A stretch of 63,511 bases of DNA, filler included, from Platydemus manokwari (GCA_037951405.1; 5 parts of 5 records of this genome joined end to end with filler, not necessarily neighbours in it), one strand, 5' to 3'. Positions 40,389 through 55,199 are shown, counted from the whole stretch's first letter. Program-made: numbers and translations. The notes: generated from the sequence alone by a model not told the origin.

Positions 40389-43300
40389 CTAAGAATGATA
40401 AATACAATAAATACTGCCTTTTAATAATATGATAAAATTGTTGAAATAGTTAAGTAAAATAATGTTCATTATTTCGTACTTTTTATACAGTATAAATTCA
40501 ATGGTTAGAAGGCCTTAATAACTGAATCATAAAGAGTAAAACACCGATCAACCAGCTTCTATCAATGCTTAGTACGGATTTGTTGTAATTGCATTTTGAT
40601 TTTAAATATGAGTATATTAATCACAGAATTGTTGTTAACAAAAAGACACACATACACATACACACATATACATAAAGTTGCCAACATCATATTGAACAAG
40701 TGATAATTTTTTATTTTTAATGACTTTTAGCAATATGTAAATATTAATAGCTGATATTTAAAAATTTTTGATTTAAAAATGAAGTACAAAAATAGTACAA
40801 TAGTTGATAGTATGAGATAATCTATTTTAACATCAAGTTCATGTTGTTTTTAGAATAATAATCATCCGATTATTTCGGCGTCACTTGTAGACAGTGATTA
40901 AAATTAGAAGCTGAATGAGATTTTTCTTGATTTTGTCATCATTCGTATTGACATTAATAGTTTCCAAATTCCTGGATGGAAGTAACATAAATATAAACTA
41001 TTGAATTTGGCACTCAGGCCTTCGATTTTTTTCGGCATTTACATTGTCGGACACTCGACAACAATTTTGTTTTTCTATGTTAAGCACATAATTAACATAA
41101 AATAACAATTAACTGTATGACAAAAATGCTTAAATGAAGATTAATTAAAGTTTTTTTCAAATATAATTGGTCGATTTATTTAACAATAACAGAAAATACT
41201 CAATATTAGTGAATTCCATTCCTTGATTGATTTCAACCATATAAGCTCTTTTATTTATTAAATTGCCTCAACTTTTCCATTCAATAGTTGAAGTGAAAAT
41301 GATTCCCATTTTAATTAGACCAATAATAAAGTTAAAAATAGCAAACTAGTAAAGTTCACCAAATAGAGACAGTTAAGATTTCCAGAGAAAATAATTGATA
41401 TTTTATAATTTATTCGAATAGCTTTACTAGTTATTTAATTTCGTTTGGAATAATCTGAGTGTAATAATTTAATTAAAGTTGCTTTACATTAAACCATATA
41501 TCATTCAATTCGAATTTTTATAATATATTCTAATAGAAAAATATCGAAAATCGGAAACTAGTTCTACGATCTAAAAGCTTTATGTTCAATAATTATTTAA
41601 ACAAAATTTTATTGAAACAATAATTTCATGAATCCATGTAATTTGAGTTTAAATAAATTGAAGACTTCAAATCATTACTCATTTAAATAATTAATTTCAC
41701 TTAATTAGAATAATGAAAATAAACTGATCATATTTTCATAAATAGAAATATTTTTAGTATAAAAAATATAAATTAGTGAATTAATTTTGATGATTAAAAT
41801 GAAATTAACACTTATTGATATCTTCAACAAAAATAAAGTTTGAAATCATCATATTCTTGTCCAAATGAGTTTATATATTTTTTTTGTTTGAGAACAATTT
41901 AATATCTTCTTTAACGGGCTTGGATTTTTTGAATTCAGTAAGGATTATTTTTATTTTCTGAATCTAATTATTTCAAATAGATCTAATGGTAAGACTCGAA
42001 TTCAAAATTAAATTTTAATTTTAAAATATAAATTAAATGTAAATTCCATTAATTTCTATATTAATTTCGTCTTTACGAAACATATATTCTTTTAATAGAT
42101 TGAACTCAAAATTAAACTGTAGCAAATCAATACATGGTTAAAATCTATTTCAGAGAAACCCATTAAAAAAATAAGCTGAAATGTGTAGTTCTCAAGTGAA
42201 AATCATATATTTGAAACTTAATATATTACCAGAAAAACTTATAAATCTTTTAACAAGAAAATCGTGCAATACAGGATTGATTCTAATAATTTCAATTTCA
42301 TTCGATTACATCAATAATAGCTATTTCCACTTCACGAAAAACTCATTCATAGCTATTTATTTGTCTAAGTAAAATAGGTTCTACTTATAGTTTGGCTCAA
42401 AAATCTAGATATCTAAAAAATTTTGAAATATTTCTGTATAAATTTATATCCGTTGATAATTCATAAATTAGAACTGCCGAGTTATGTTGATCTATGATAA
42501 GTGTGATTATGTTTGTTTATATCGTGTTATTGATGATACTTGTTTAAAACACATTAAACCAAATTATCGATAAACAATGAATGGTTAATTGAAATTAGCA
42601 AATAATAATTGAATCCAAATTATCAAATCAATACCAAGCGCCATTTTGGATTTTTATTTCATAAATTATTAACTGTTAAAAACACAAACCAATAATAAAA
42701 TAACAAATAAATCAAAACTATTATATTCTATAATAGTTAATATTTAGAAGGAACATTAAGAGTAATCATTGAATCAACTATTTAATGAATTAATTAATGA
42801 AAAATTATTTCACAAATTTTGTGCAATTTTTAAAAAGCGCTGTTAGAAAAAATTGTCACAAAATGTGCTTGTTGGAAGAAAATATTATAGGATGTATTGA
42901 AAATGTCTCATTTACAAGTATAATGATTTCAGAAATGGATATGACTTGATAGATATTTATGTGAATAAGATATTATTTTAGACATTTTTAAACACAACAC
43001 TTAATGATGAAAATTGAATTGTTGCCGATGATCGAGAAAACAGAAATCTCAATTTTTATTAAGAATTACTTTTAAAGCTTTTATAATAATAAGATATATC
43101 AAGCAGTCTTCAATTTAAGAAAACAAATTTTTTAGGTGATTTAATTAATAATTTTCGATTTTCAGGAATGCATTCTTAGTTTTTCTGTTGAAATTGTAGC
43201 TTTTTGAATTGGGTTTTTTTTTACTTTGAAATCTTTTAGAACACATCTTTATTGAGAATATATTCTTTTCACATTCATAATAAAAGCCATTTGATTAGTT

Positions 43301-43577
43301 AAACAATTTTTATTGAATCCATTCATGAGATTTAATGAAATTATATTATTTAATTCACTAATTCTATCTATGAAGGCTTGTCAAGCAATAATTACATTAC
43401 GTCGGTTTCTACCATAAACATGGCTTCTAAATTAATTTCTTACACAGCATATTTCATACACATCAGTTGATTAGTTAAGGCCATGTCTTATTCATAGAGC
43501 GATTGACTTCATAATTAATTCTCTCGCAGATTTATTATTAGATTTCATAGATTTTTCAACTTTGTTTTAAAAACGAC

Positions 43578-43677
43578 NNNNNNNNNNNNNNNNNNNNNNN
43601 NNNNNNNNNNNNNNNNNNNNNTTAATTAATTAANNNNNNNNNNNNNNNNNNNNNNNNNNNNNNNNNNNNNNNNNNNN
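43578..43677. other. assembly gap with artificial TTAATTAATTAA linker
   Basis: 44 N + 12 nt linker + 44 N; lies between the unresolved 5' ends of the RasGAP and synergin-gamma genes. Confidence 0.95.
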
Positions 43678-44413
43678 TAATATTATCAAAAAATATTCTT
43701 ATTTTAAATAGAATTTGATTGTTCCATATAATAATCCATGATATTTTAAAACCATAAAAGAATAAAAGCATAAATATAGAAGTAAATGACAAAGTGTAAA
43801 ATGAAGCGTAGAATTTTCTTATCAATGATGGTTTATCATTCAAATAAATGAATTGAGAGATATGATGAATTAGTCAAATGTCAATGTTGATTTTCAATCT
43901 CACAATAGAATGGTAAATAAAGCAAATATAAACCGTGATATCAATTGTTTTGTTTGTGACTGAAAATTTTTAAAAAACTACTTTTCTTACTAAAGAATAT
44001 TTTAAAATTTTTCATTCGGTTATTTGTTTAAATATAAAGTTTGAATATCTGTATAGACTGAAATTCTGACGTCATTGATATCCATCTGAAATTATATTAA
44101 GTGTTTTAATTCTCTAATCAAGAGGTAAGTGTATTAAAATGATGAAAATTCTTTTAAAATGTTAGTTGCTTCTATTTCATTAAATGTGCATTGGATAAAG
44201 ATTTTTAGAAGTCGATTTTTATGAAAATTTTTTATCAAATTGATTAAAAGTTATTTTTAATCTTGAATAATTATCAAAACTTGAAAATCCTCATATAGAA
44301 CAAGTTTCTCTTTTATGAAGTACACTAATTCAGATGTATATTAACTGAGCCATTTGATTATAGTTAAATCTTTATTTTTTACTTTTCAAGATTTCATAAA
44401 ATCATATTTCTAG

Positions 44414-47186
44414 TCCAAATGGTGAACTGGACACCCAACAGATTTATCAGATTTTTATTTCGAGTGGTTTGAGTACAGAAATTCTGGGATCAATTTGGTC
44501 CGTAATCAATCGCACTTCACCCGGTAAACTGACTGTTTTGGAATTTTCAGTTGGTTTGGCAATGGTGGCTATATATCAGGAGCGATCATTTACTAATGGA
44601 TCTGTTACTTCATTTATTCCATTGACATGGAACCAAGTAATTTCCAGGGGTAAATTTCATGTTCCAAAATTATCTGTCGATAAACCGAATGCATCGAATG
44701 GTATTGATCTATTCAATATTAACTTGCCAACTGATAATAAAATATCAACATCAACTAATGAAATCTCAACAGACAACGATAATTGGGCCGATTTTTCTTC
44801 GTTTGTGTCATTCGATCGTGAAGTACCTGAAATAGTTGAGACTACAGAGGTATAAAATAAAGATTTATTTTCACATTCAATTGTGTTATATTTATTATTT
44901 TATATAACTTTGAACTAAACAAAATTTGAATTATCATGTGAGTTTTTTTAATGAAGTATTCTTTGTACTGATATATAATAAAATTAATTAATGATAATAA
45001 AATGAAATCATTATAAAACTTTATTATTAATACAACACTGTAGAGATTATTTCTATCAATTTTGAAATGTTATATTATAAAATGGCTTTGTATTTAAGTT
45101 TTCCCCATCTTTGATATTGGATTGATTTTTATTGGGATAAAATTTATTGTTTTCATTATATTCGTTCAAAATTAAATATATAAATCATTTTTGAATAAAT
45201 AACCAGAAATTAATGAAGAAGAGGACACCTTATTTTATAATTTGTTCTTAGATAAATCAAAACCAAATTGAATAATATTTTATTTTGATTTGGATTCATA
45301 CAGCTTCATTTACATACTCACGATATTATTAATTATTATTTGTAAAACTTTCTACAGCTGAATATAATATTGACGAGAATAGGCTATATTTTACTGAAGT
45401 CCTTAGTGTGATTTTAAAGATTCAATATTATTCAATTTCGTGTATAGTTTGTTAATTTATTTCAATCATCTCAAGATCTCATCAGATACCAAACATCAAT
45501 CAATAATGGAATTGGAAAATATCAACCAATCTTATGATATTCAAAAGCAGATCAATAATCAATTTTCTTCCTGGGAAAATAATATCAAATCTGATAATGC
45601 CTATATAAACTTATCTAATTTTGTTAATGATAATCTCCTGCAAAAGCCAACTATAACTTCCACAAATCCAGATTCGTTATCTATTTCCAGTAACGGGAAT
45701 GTAACCATGGCGACGTAAGTTATATAGATTTGATTAATGTTTCGAACTTGAAATTTATGAAAAAAGCCGGAATAAGGTTTTCAAAAATTAACTTGAGTAA
45801 TGAATTTATAACGTGTTATTTGATAAACATTGTAATTATATATATAACGGATCCATAAATATAATTGAGATTTTATAAATATATTTCTCGATAACTGTAT
45901 TGTTTTTAATTAATATTCAAGTATGTTCTAACAAAACATAATTATTAATAAAATGTAGAATGATGTCATATCATGCTTTGCTACACTCAAATAACATTAG
46001 ACGAACACGTATTTTTGAATCGTTTTAAATGTAAATTTGTAAAATTATTTTTATTAGAATTCTTCACAATGATTGTGTCAACTTTATTTTATATAAGTAA
46101 TCAGAAAATTGGGTCATTTTAACAGATATTAAATCATTTTATTATTAAACAACAATGATTATTTGATTCAAAATATATACATTGCATTCTGCACGTTTAG
46201 TTCATTGCATTTTATGAATCCGATATTTTCACGTTGTTGTATATCTTTGACATAAATAGATTTAATTATTTCATATATCGATAAAATTGTTCTTTTTATG
46301 GTTAAAATTATTTATTCTAAAATTCATTAGCGTCTTTTGATTAAACGATATCCATTATCATGAAATTATATACAAATCATTTATCCGATCTTGTTTTATT
46401 TTATAGCATTATATTTATTCTTTATCATATATGAAACAAATCGAAATCCTTCCGAATATAATATTACTGCCTTTTTTATAGAAAATCATGTTTTACAAAT
46501 GTAAACTTCTCAATTTTTGTTAGTCAAATGTATAGTGTAATGATTTGTTTGTTTAAACAAGATATAAGTGGTTATAAATTTATAAAAAAAGTCTTGGAGC
46601 ATCATTTATAGGTAAAACGATCTTTATTTTGTCTATGAAAAAAAGGTATCATTTGGCGCCGTTTCAAACTATTAATAAATTAAAGTTTTTATTTAAATTG
46701 ATTTGAGGCATTTTTGTATTGGAAAAATAGTCTCATCAATCGATTATTATTGATAATTATTTGTTCTTAATGATCTTAAAAATACTAAAATTTATTTAAT
46801 ATATTGATATGAAATTTATTTGTAAAATAATAGAATGGCGCTAAATAAGTCTAATGTTGATTCTGATTTCGGTGACTTTCAAATATTCACATCATCCCAA
46901 CCAGTTATATCAACAAATGACAGCCTTAATCTTAATTCTTCAAAAGTTGTAGTCACAGATCGTTATCAAATTTTTAATTCCGAATTAAAGGTATACCTTT
47001 GTTTAATTGATATTGTTTTTTATGATCATTAGGATCCACAAAATAATCTCATTGATCAATGGCTGCGTTGTTTAAATCAATGTCAAAATATCATTGCTGA
47101 CACTGTTAAAGTTTTAAACAGAGTTAGCGATATATCAATAAAAGTTGAAGTTTTCAACAGTGATAAAGGAGTTCTTTTGCTTTCAG
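44414..47186 (+). CDS. SYNRG: synergin gamma (AP-1 gamma-ear binding EH-domain protein), partial
   Basis: Exons 44414-44849, 45476-45714, 46834-46990 and 47033-47186 have matching phases. The EH-like domain ELDTQQIYQIFISSGLSTEILGSIWSVINRTSPGKLTVLEFSVGLAMVAIYQ matches SYNRG IDTAKLYPILMSSGLPRETLGQIWALANRTTPGKLT. Adaptor-ear binding motifs DNWADF and DSDFGDF are present. QWLRCLNQCQNII...LNRVS...VEVFNSDKG matches the start of the SYNRG C-terminal domain. First and last exons not located. Confidence 0.85.
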
Positions 47187-50151
47187 GTAATAAAACTAAT
47201 TATGTTGATCTCTTTTAATTTTCGCCAATCTATTTTTGCACACAATTTCTATAGCCTAAAAATTTATTTGAATAACTCTATTTTAACCTATCTGATCATA
47301 TGAGATTAATATGTTCCTTCCGATTAGAAAAATCAATTAATTCCATATTTTCTCTCGGTTAAATCATTGTGTGACTATTTATTTCAGTTTTTCATAATTA
47401 TATGACATCCTTGAACATTTTATAATTTCAATGATTGAATTGATTATATCTTGAGTGTAATTTCACTCAAAATATTTTACATCGGATTAATTTCGTTAAT
47501 CTGGTTAGTGTGCATAAATTCTCCTGACACACAAAGCCATTTCAGCATTATGGAAACAGAAACGAAGGTCAATGTATATACCATTACTGACTGTTTGAAA
47601 ATCATTTCACCGCATTGAATATTTCTGAACTTTTATTTTGATGTTAGTTTTGTTTTATTTTTTTAGACTTATGTTGGATTGGCATCTATTTTTATTGTTA
47701 TGGTATTGGCTGGAATCGTTGCCGATCCATAAAGTATTTATGCTTAAATTTTTCTATGAATGGTGACATTGTTATTAATCAGATAATGCTTCGGATAATC
47801 AGAAATCTTTTTTCGTAGGTCATAGAAAAAAAATTATACAAAATTTTCAAAATTACGAGTTTCTAGTATTCAGACATGTTTCTTATCGAATGATCATAGT
47901 TAATTATTATTTTATATAAAACTCACTGAATCCTTATTTACAAAATATGTTATAAAATACCGGTTTGTACCAAGTTCTGATTGATATCTAAAGTCATCTT
48001 CGTCACATAAAGTATCATTTTGTCAATGAATAAACAATTTTCTTTTCTGATAATTTCCCATATTTTGGGGCTAAAAGCTCATTAGAAAAATTAAGTTTAC
48101 ATTGCAAAAAATAATAATTTTTATATCAGAAATTCCTCTTGTATTTGTTATAGTCTAAAACTCTGGAAATATTTTCGACCGATTTCAAAGTAAACAAGAT
48201 ATAGTTTTCCATTTTCTGTTTGGAATGATTGAGAGGACACATGTAAAATAAATCGATTTAACAAATAATTTCTCCAGTTTCATTATGAATTATTTAAATT
48301 TCAGACACCTTATTTTTAAAATAAATTACACAGATTTTCTTTTATATTCAACAGGCTTACAAACTTAAATAATGCACACCCACTAGTCATTCTCACGCCC
48401 AGTCAGGTAAATTTACAAATATTTTTGTAGAATAATTATGTAAATTTTAATTGATAGGCTCTTTCACGAATTTAACCTTTAACAGTACCTCTGGTACCGA
48501 TATTATTAGTATCAATCAGATTACTTATTACATTGAAGATTGCATTTATTTCAAAAACACAAATTTTAGTTATATCTAGTTTTTTAAATATTTTATTCAG
48601 AGAGAATATTTTAAAAATTAATGACTATACATAAGTAAATATACCTTTCATAATTGTAATTACTTGTATAGTTGCGATGATTTTGGTGGGGGAATAGAAC
48701 AATTTTTCAATGCTAAAAGGTGTGTTTGAATTGAAATTTCTTAGAATTCTGTATAATCCTAATATTTCATCAAACGAAACTTTACGATAACAAATTGTAA
48801 AAATATAAATTTATTATCTATATGAAATTACTCGAATATTACTGACCTATAACTTAACACCACGATTTGTTCATGCATTTTTAATGTCGATGAAAAAAGG
48901 CTTGACGAATATTCAAGTTGTTCAAATAAATCGTATTTTACTGAGTACCTTTCAAATTGCATAAGACAGAAAAATTTTACGTGAAATAAGTAAACTTTTA
49001 AATTATCTGATATTTATAAATTAGTCGATTAAAATATTAATCTCAAAATATTTGACCATTATCCATTTCACAAAGGTTTTATGTAAATGTTCAATAAAAT
49101 TTTTATGGATATTTTGAATGGTTTTCCGTTCGCGTCCCAGCATCTAAATTCGATGCTGATAATATTAATGCAAGAAATACACAGAAGACAATATGGAGAA
49201 AATTAAGAAAACAGAAAAAGAAAAATTAGATATTTAAGAGAATTCTACATAAAATATAGAGAATAAATAGATGTATGTTTATAGATAAATATATCGAGAA
49301 TTCGATAAAAAGAATATAATTGATTTCAGGTAGAGAGAACATTTAAAAAAAGAATTCTATATATCAAAAATGTGAAGAAAATCAAAAATTTGAGATATTT
49401 AAAATCAAATAATATTTAAATTGTCATTTTAAGTAAAAATATATTTGTATTGGAAATGTAAATGATGAAAATAGTTTGTTCAAATGCTTTTGATTAAAGT
49501 GACTTTGTGGGTTAAACTTCTTAAACCGTTTATAATTCTTATTTCTGAAATCGTAGCAGTAATAAATATAAAATAATGTTTAAAAATTAAATTATCATTT
49601 ATACATTTGTATACAGTTATACTCATTTTTATGGCATAAAATTAGTTTTTAGAATTGGCTTATCAGGACATGAGACTGATTATTTGTGCTATAGGTATTT
49701 GTGTGGATTTTTGTTGTTATTATATTTTTGGATATGATGCGACTTCTATTTATAGATTTTGATTGAATTTTCATTAAGATATAGAGGTCGGGTAAACAAT
49801 TTTAATTTTAATGCAATTAAATTTTTTCATGTATATCTTTTATTGAAAAATTTGGTTAGCCTTTATTTAATGTTTAAAATTTTCTGTACTTATTTTTTAT
49901 AATTATTTAATTGTTCGGATGGCTCAGATGGTTCCCCACATAATTTTATGAAGTTGTGTGATTAGTATTCATATAATTAGTCTGGTGAATAGATAATGAT
50001 TTTTCCCCATTTGAATTAATAAACCAATTTCCAAGAAAAGTAGTAAAGAATAGATTTTATTCAATAATATTTATTGATATTTTAGACAATATAAAATTTG
50101 ATTTAAAAAATTTAATCAATTTATCATCTGACCGATTGTCTTTAATTATTT

Positions 50152-50988
50152 ATGGATTGTAACGAGAATGATTTAGAAATATCGTGTTCTAAATGCTTCA
50201 AAATGACCAATGAGTTGTACTTTAAAAGTGCAAATTGTCAGCATCAATTTTGTAGTAATTGCTTCCAAAACAATTTATTATTCAACAATCAATGCCCACT
50301 GGATGATACGACACTCAAAGATATTCATGTAATGGAAGGTGCAGTAGTTAAAGAAATCGCATCTATTACAAAATTAGAAAATGATTTCGTCAATGATCAA
50401 TTGGAGAAACTGGAATGGGAGGCAGAATCATTTAGTCAAGATATCACTGAAGCTTTAAGTGAAATAGAAACAATGGAATCTGCAGCTAATGATTTTGAGA
50501 ATTTAACATTATCAATTCTTAATAATCTGATATCGTATGTGGATAACCCTGTTGATGATAAGCTTGAAGAAGAAAAACAAAACGTAGAATCGTTATTGGA
50601 AAATATTTTAGGTATTAAGGAATATAAGGAAGAAGCTGAGAAAATTCATGAAGAAATAAATGATTTTGTCTATCAGTTGTCAAGTTTTGTTCCACAAGAA
50701 ATGAGAGGTTATTTAGTTAATCTTTATCGATTGAGTGTTTGGAAACGAGAAGTTTCTGGATCCTTTTTTTCTCTATGGAACTTGATCTATGAACAATGGA
50801 AGATAATGTATAGAAAAATCAATGAATGTCTTAACAGTTTGGACAAAAATTTAATAAAATTGACAAAGAATAAAATAGTAAAGAGTAGTATGATAATGTT
50901 GAGAAGAATTCACAAGCTTAATATTAATTTGGAGGTATACGAAAATATCAATAATCAGAGTTGTGAATGTGAAATGAATGAGGAATGA
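50152..50988 (+). CDS. intronless RING-HC (C3HC3D) finger protein with acidic coiled-coil region, 278 aa; putative E3 ubiquitin ligase
   Basis: Clean ATG-to-stop ORF with CSKC-x13-C-Q-H-QF-CSNC-x10-CPLD, followed by E/L/N-rich heptad-like helices. TATAAAA at 50090-50096 and AATAAA at 51075-51080. Confidence 0.8.
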   Translation: MDCNENDLEISCSKCFKMTNELYFKSANCQHQFCSNCFQNNLLFNNQCPLDDTTLKDIHVMEGAVVKEIASITKLENDFVNDQLEKLEWEAESFSQDITEALSEIETMESAANDFENLTLSILNNLISYVDNPVDDKLEEEKQNVESLLENILGIKEYKEEAEKIHEEINDFVYQLSSFVPQEMRGYLVNLYRLSVWKREVSGSFFSLWNLIYEQWKIMYRKINECLNSLDKNLIKLTKNKIVKSSMIMLRRIHKLNINLEVYENINNQSCECEMNEE

Positions 50989-51299
50989 CTTCACCTTTAT
51001 TTTTGGTAATAATTTTCATTGTTATATTTAGAATTTCTGTGAAATTTTATTTACATGGCTTCTCTTTAATGATAAATAAAACATTATTTATCAATATATT
51101 TTTTTATTTTTACACTTTGAATGGAAAATATTGCGTTCAATTAGTAAGGAAATTAGAAAATAATGTTTGCAAAATGGTAATGGTAAAAATAAAGACATAC
51201 AAATAGAACATAAAACTTGATTATTATAATAATCTTAATAATATGATTTATTATAAAATTATAACATAAAAATAACATACACATAAAATCACACCAAAA

Positions 51300-54200
51300 G
51301 TTTGGTTGGAGCTCGGTCATTTTAAATCTATTTGATTCCGTTTCCTGAGACTCTATGAACCAAATTGATAATTTCCGTGAATATGCAACCCAGCTCGTTG
51401 GACACGATTGATTATGATAAATGTTCTGGAATCAAGGAAGAATGACTTCGTTCGAAAAAAACACGCAAAAGTAGATTGGTAATTACAGCAATGAAACACC
51501 AGAGAGTGCTTTCCGGTAATAAGAAGATAATCGTAAACTTGGAATTGTAAACTTGAAATCGTGGCCTTGGAATCGATGTTTTTATTTAAACAAAATAGCT
51601 TAAGAAGAATTGAAAGATGGAAAAGAGATAGAAAATGCATACATTAAATAAACAATATAAATATCATGAGACTGATGGTAATGATTGTTATGATAAAATA
51701 ATAAGGAAGGTGAATGATAAGTATTCTAAACCAGACTGAAGAAAAATTAAATTTTCAATGGTATTGGGTATATCACAAATCAATCAAAAGGGTTACGAGA
51801 ACCAAGGAAAGAATTATAAAAAGGGTCGATACACACAGGCCCAATAAGCACATGTGCAGTGAGGCAGTCAAATTCGTTCTAATATTAATCCATATTTAGA
51901 AGCTAAAAATCGACAGACCCATACCTATAGATGGCAGCAAGCTCAAATATCCGCCAATGGCACGAGAGATGCGAGGAAAATTTCAAGTAGACCGATCTAT
52001 GGACAAATTCAGCATATTGAAAACGAAGATCCGTGACATCAAGCAGACACATTCGATAGATTTATAAAAGAAACTGAGTTTCATGAATAACTGCCAGTAT
52101 TTTTGGTCGGTTACTTGGGTGTTAAGCTTATCTTGGTGTGATTTTAAGTAATCAGTCTTTTTCATTACTTTCTATTCTGTTTTTGACTTTCGGGTGCTGA
52201 TTTGTGTGATTTACCATTGTGAATTGTAAAGAGATTTACTTGTAGTTATTGAGATTACTATTGTGACATTTTGGATAATACAGTTTTAAAATCTAATTAA
52301 ATGGTTAATACACCCAACACTGAATATTGATTATTCGTGCAGGTAAGACAGAAGATATTTGTGGTAAAATTCTCTTTGAATGGTTGATATGGTTCGTATA
52401 TATGTGATATACATGGAACGCTACTTGTGTGATGAGTATAACTTACAGTCGGGAATTACATTTTTATCCAACTCTAACAGGGTCAGGGGTTTATTGTTTT
52501 TAGAGTCCCACTGTTCCAGAAATTCAATATTTAATACATTGAAATAAGAGTAATGAAGACTTTTCCATCAAATCTCAGAATGAAGTTGCTGATGTTTGAC
52601 CTGATTGTTTGAAGGTTAACTAGAAAGTTTTTAAAATTTGAGGTCTAGAATTGCTGCTATAAGTTTTTCGAATATTGACAAGTTGAGTCTCGGCATTTAC
52701 ATTCATTACCGTAGGAACTGACTAATAGGATATAGAAGCATATTAATTCTCTAGTAAAGGTAGCAAATTCATGAAAATATGATCCACAGTTTAAATAGTG
52801 ATATACTACTCTAGATAAATTAATTACATGTCAAATTTCGAGCTATGTGCCACTTACCGAAGCGTTGGGAATGGAACTGTGTTTGTCTATATTTGCATTG
52901 GGACTAAGTTCTGCTTAGCCGAATTAATATTAATCCTATGTAGCACTTCTGTATCTTGACTATAGAAAACAACATCTAACAATCAGATTGCTAGAAAACT
53001 TTCGGACGAAAAGCAAATGAACGGTCATATTTAAATCCCTGGAAAAGATGATTCGAATTCAATGAAAGAAAAAGGAAAGGTGATTATGTTGTATTTTATT
53101 AATTATTGATAAGGTATCTGATATCTATGTGTGTAGATAGGATGGTTCCAAACAGTATCACAATTGTTGCTTTATCATGCTCATTAAAATGATATGTTGT
53201 ACTTATGCAATTGTAAAGTGCTGGATCATCATGATAAAGTGATTATTGGAAGAGTTCTCTAAATGATTTCATGAGGGAAGCATAGCAAACCTTCTTCGAA
53301 ATCGAGCGAATACAGTTGTGAGATCACTTTGCTCAACCCTAATTTTTGTCGCTAGATAGCGAGGTAGGCTATGTACTCTGGTCATCCAACGTGAAAAAGT
53401 AGAACCTTTTGATCTCTTGGAAACCCTATTTTATAGACGGAAATTTGAAACATTTTCAAAAATCCTGCAAGATGTGCCAAAAAACACAATTGGATAAGAA
53501 CAAGAACAAGATTTATGAGAGATAGAAATCTTACTTAGTTCCAAAATTATTTTGGTTTTGGATGAAATCTATCAATCCGGTACAAGATGTTAATTATACA
53601 AATGGAAATGGTTGTCAGTTAGAATAGGTCAGACTTGAGAGAAAGAAAGTAAACTTTCCCGTCCAAAAAAGAAAGTGAAGCTGGTGGTATAGCAAAATGT
53701 AATTAGTGCATGGGTGGAAATTAGGTTTCACAACGACTTTGAGATTAGTTTCATAATTTTTCCAGAGACAAATCAGATTGAGATTTATAAAGGTGAGAAT
53801 TTTCTCGGTTTAATAAGACTATATTTGCTTACTATTTTTACAAATGTGGTCATCAAGTGGGGTTGTCTTCATCGTAGAATTTACCCATATCTAGTTGATT
53901 TTGAGATATGCAGTTCTTTATTTCAGCACAATCATATAAGTTATACAACGACATTCTATATGAAAAGTCCACCAAAATGTTTTTCATTTTTAATTACCAG
54001 ATATTTTTGTGAATATTTTAATGCTTTGAAAGAAAGGCCATATTCTTGTGGACAGAATCCACATCAAAAGTGAATCACAAGAAAGAAATATAAAACCTAG
54101 GAATAAGAGTCTTGAAAAGTAAGTCTTATGGTCGGAATCTCGGGAAGTAAATCTTTAAACACTTGGGTAGTTGATGAGTTTTGTTGAAATGCTGAGAGTT

Positions 54201-54550
54201 GTAGAAACCAAAGTCAAAGGAGGTTAAAACGAAGTCAACAAATTAAGATGAGTTAGCAATAACGGAATCATATGGTTATGGAGCGAATGAGCTGAAATAT
54301 GGAATACAAAGAGAAGAATCAAAGAGCTATGAAATAATGTTGAAAGTTTGACATCATCCAAATGGTGATAATTAAATGTGATAGAGACAATATTGTGATG
54401 TGAGTAGTGGAAGAATATAGGTCAAGGGAATCAATGCAATACTGAACGCATATTAGCAATTGGGTTGATTTTGTACATTGATTTGTATCGAAAAGTTCTA
54501 ACAAAAGGTTATAGTGTGTAAAGCATTCGAAATTTATGGTTATTTATTAT
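51300..54550 (-). mobile_element. probable heavily decayed non-LTR retrotransposon
   Basis: Compositionally distinct from flanks. RT-like motif ghosts occur on the minus strand in the expected order: SN*QP/ISIC..NILYRI (~53625-53575; cf. NWRPISI..ILYR), IGFPRD (~53425), LYSLDFEEGLLCFPHEII (~53315-53262; cf. LD...AF.S.PH..I), and later RFQG (~51570). Many stops; boundaries approximate. Confidence 0.4.
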
Positions 54551-55199
54551 GTAAGGTCTAGATATGATTTTAGCAAGATCGAATCCCTGATGACGTTATA
54601 CTGTGATGTTAACAATAATAATCGAAATATAATTCAGAATCTAAATTTTTTATTAGACTTTGATTTTTAAATCAAACTCCATCACGAATCTGTCAATGAA
54701 GAATGCTGATTTTGTAAGTAAAATTTTATAATTTTATTATCATCAAATTCGACTGCAATATTATTCAAATTTAAGATGTACCACATTACTCCATTTTAAG
54801 GAATTGCATACAATAAATATCGATATTTAATCCCAATACTAAATCTTACCGTGAGGATTATGATAAAACTCTTTATACTCTGAGCAAATTCATAAGATAC
54901 TTATTCTTGGAGTCATGTCTTAAGTCAAGTTATGTTTAAATCATGCCAGAGTTCTGAAGTATTTTGGTAGACTGATCTGACTAAATAGATGAGATCAGAC
55001 AATATGTTTTTAATATATACTCTAAAAACTCCACGAGTCAGCTTAATGAAAATATATCAGACAAGATTAGTACATTAACTTTCTCTACATTTGGATTATA
55101 ACCTCAAAAAAGTATTATTTCTTTTACTTAACCACCAACTTCTCGAATTATGACTTCGGAGAATTGATGAAATACATATATATGGAGGTTAAATACATG

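Noticed and set aside
40400-43577. Short minus-strand open stretches as candidate RasGAP PH/C2 5' exons
   Set aside because: None contains the expected YCEL..D...YART / FWGE.F motifs with compatible splice phase.
47667-48963. Open stretches after acceptors at ~47666 and near 48810 as candidate SYNRG last exons
   Set aside because: Translations show no convincing similarity to the SYNRG C-terminal domain.
49913-49933. GTTCGGATGGCTCAGATGGTT resembles a tRNA 5' end / A box
   Set aside because: No anticodon arm, T arm or B box follows; at most a SINE-head fragment.
54580-54642. CTGATGA ... CGAAA between the two retroelements, a possible hammerhead
   Set aside because: Stems I and III do not pair convincingly and stem II is not adjacent to GAAA.
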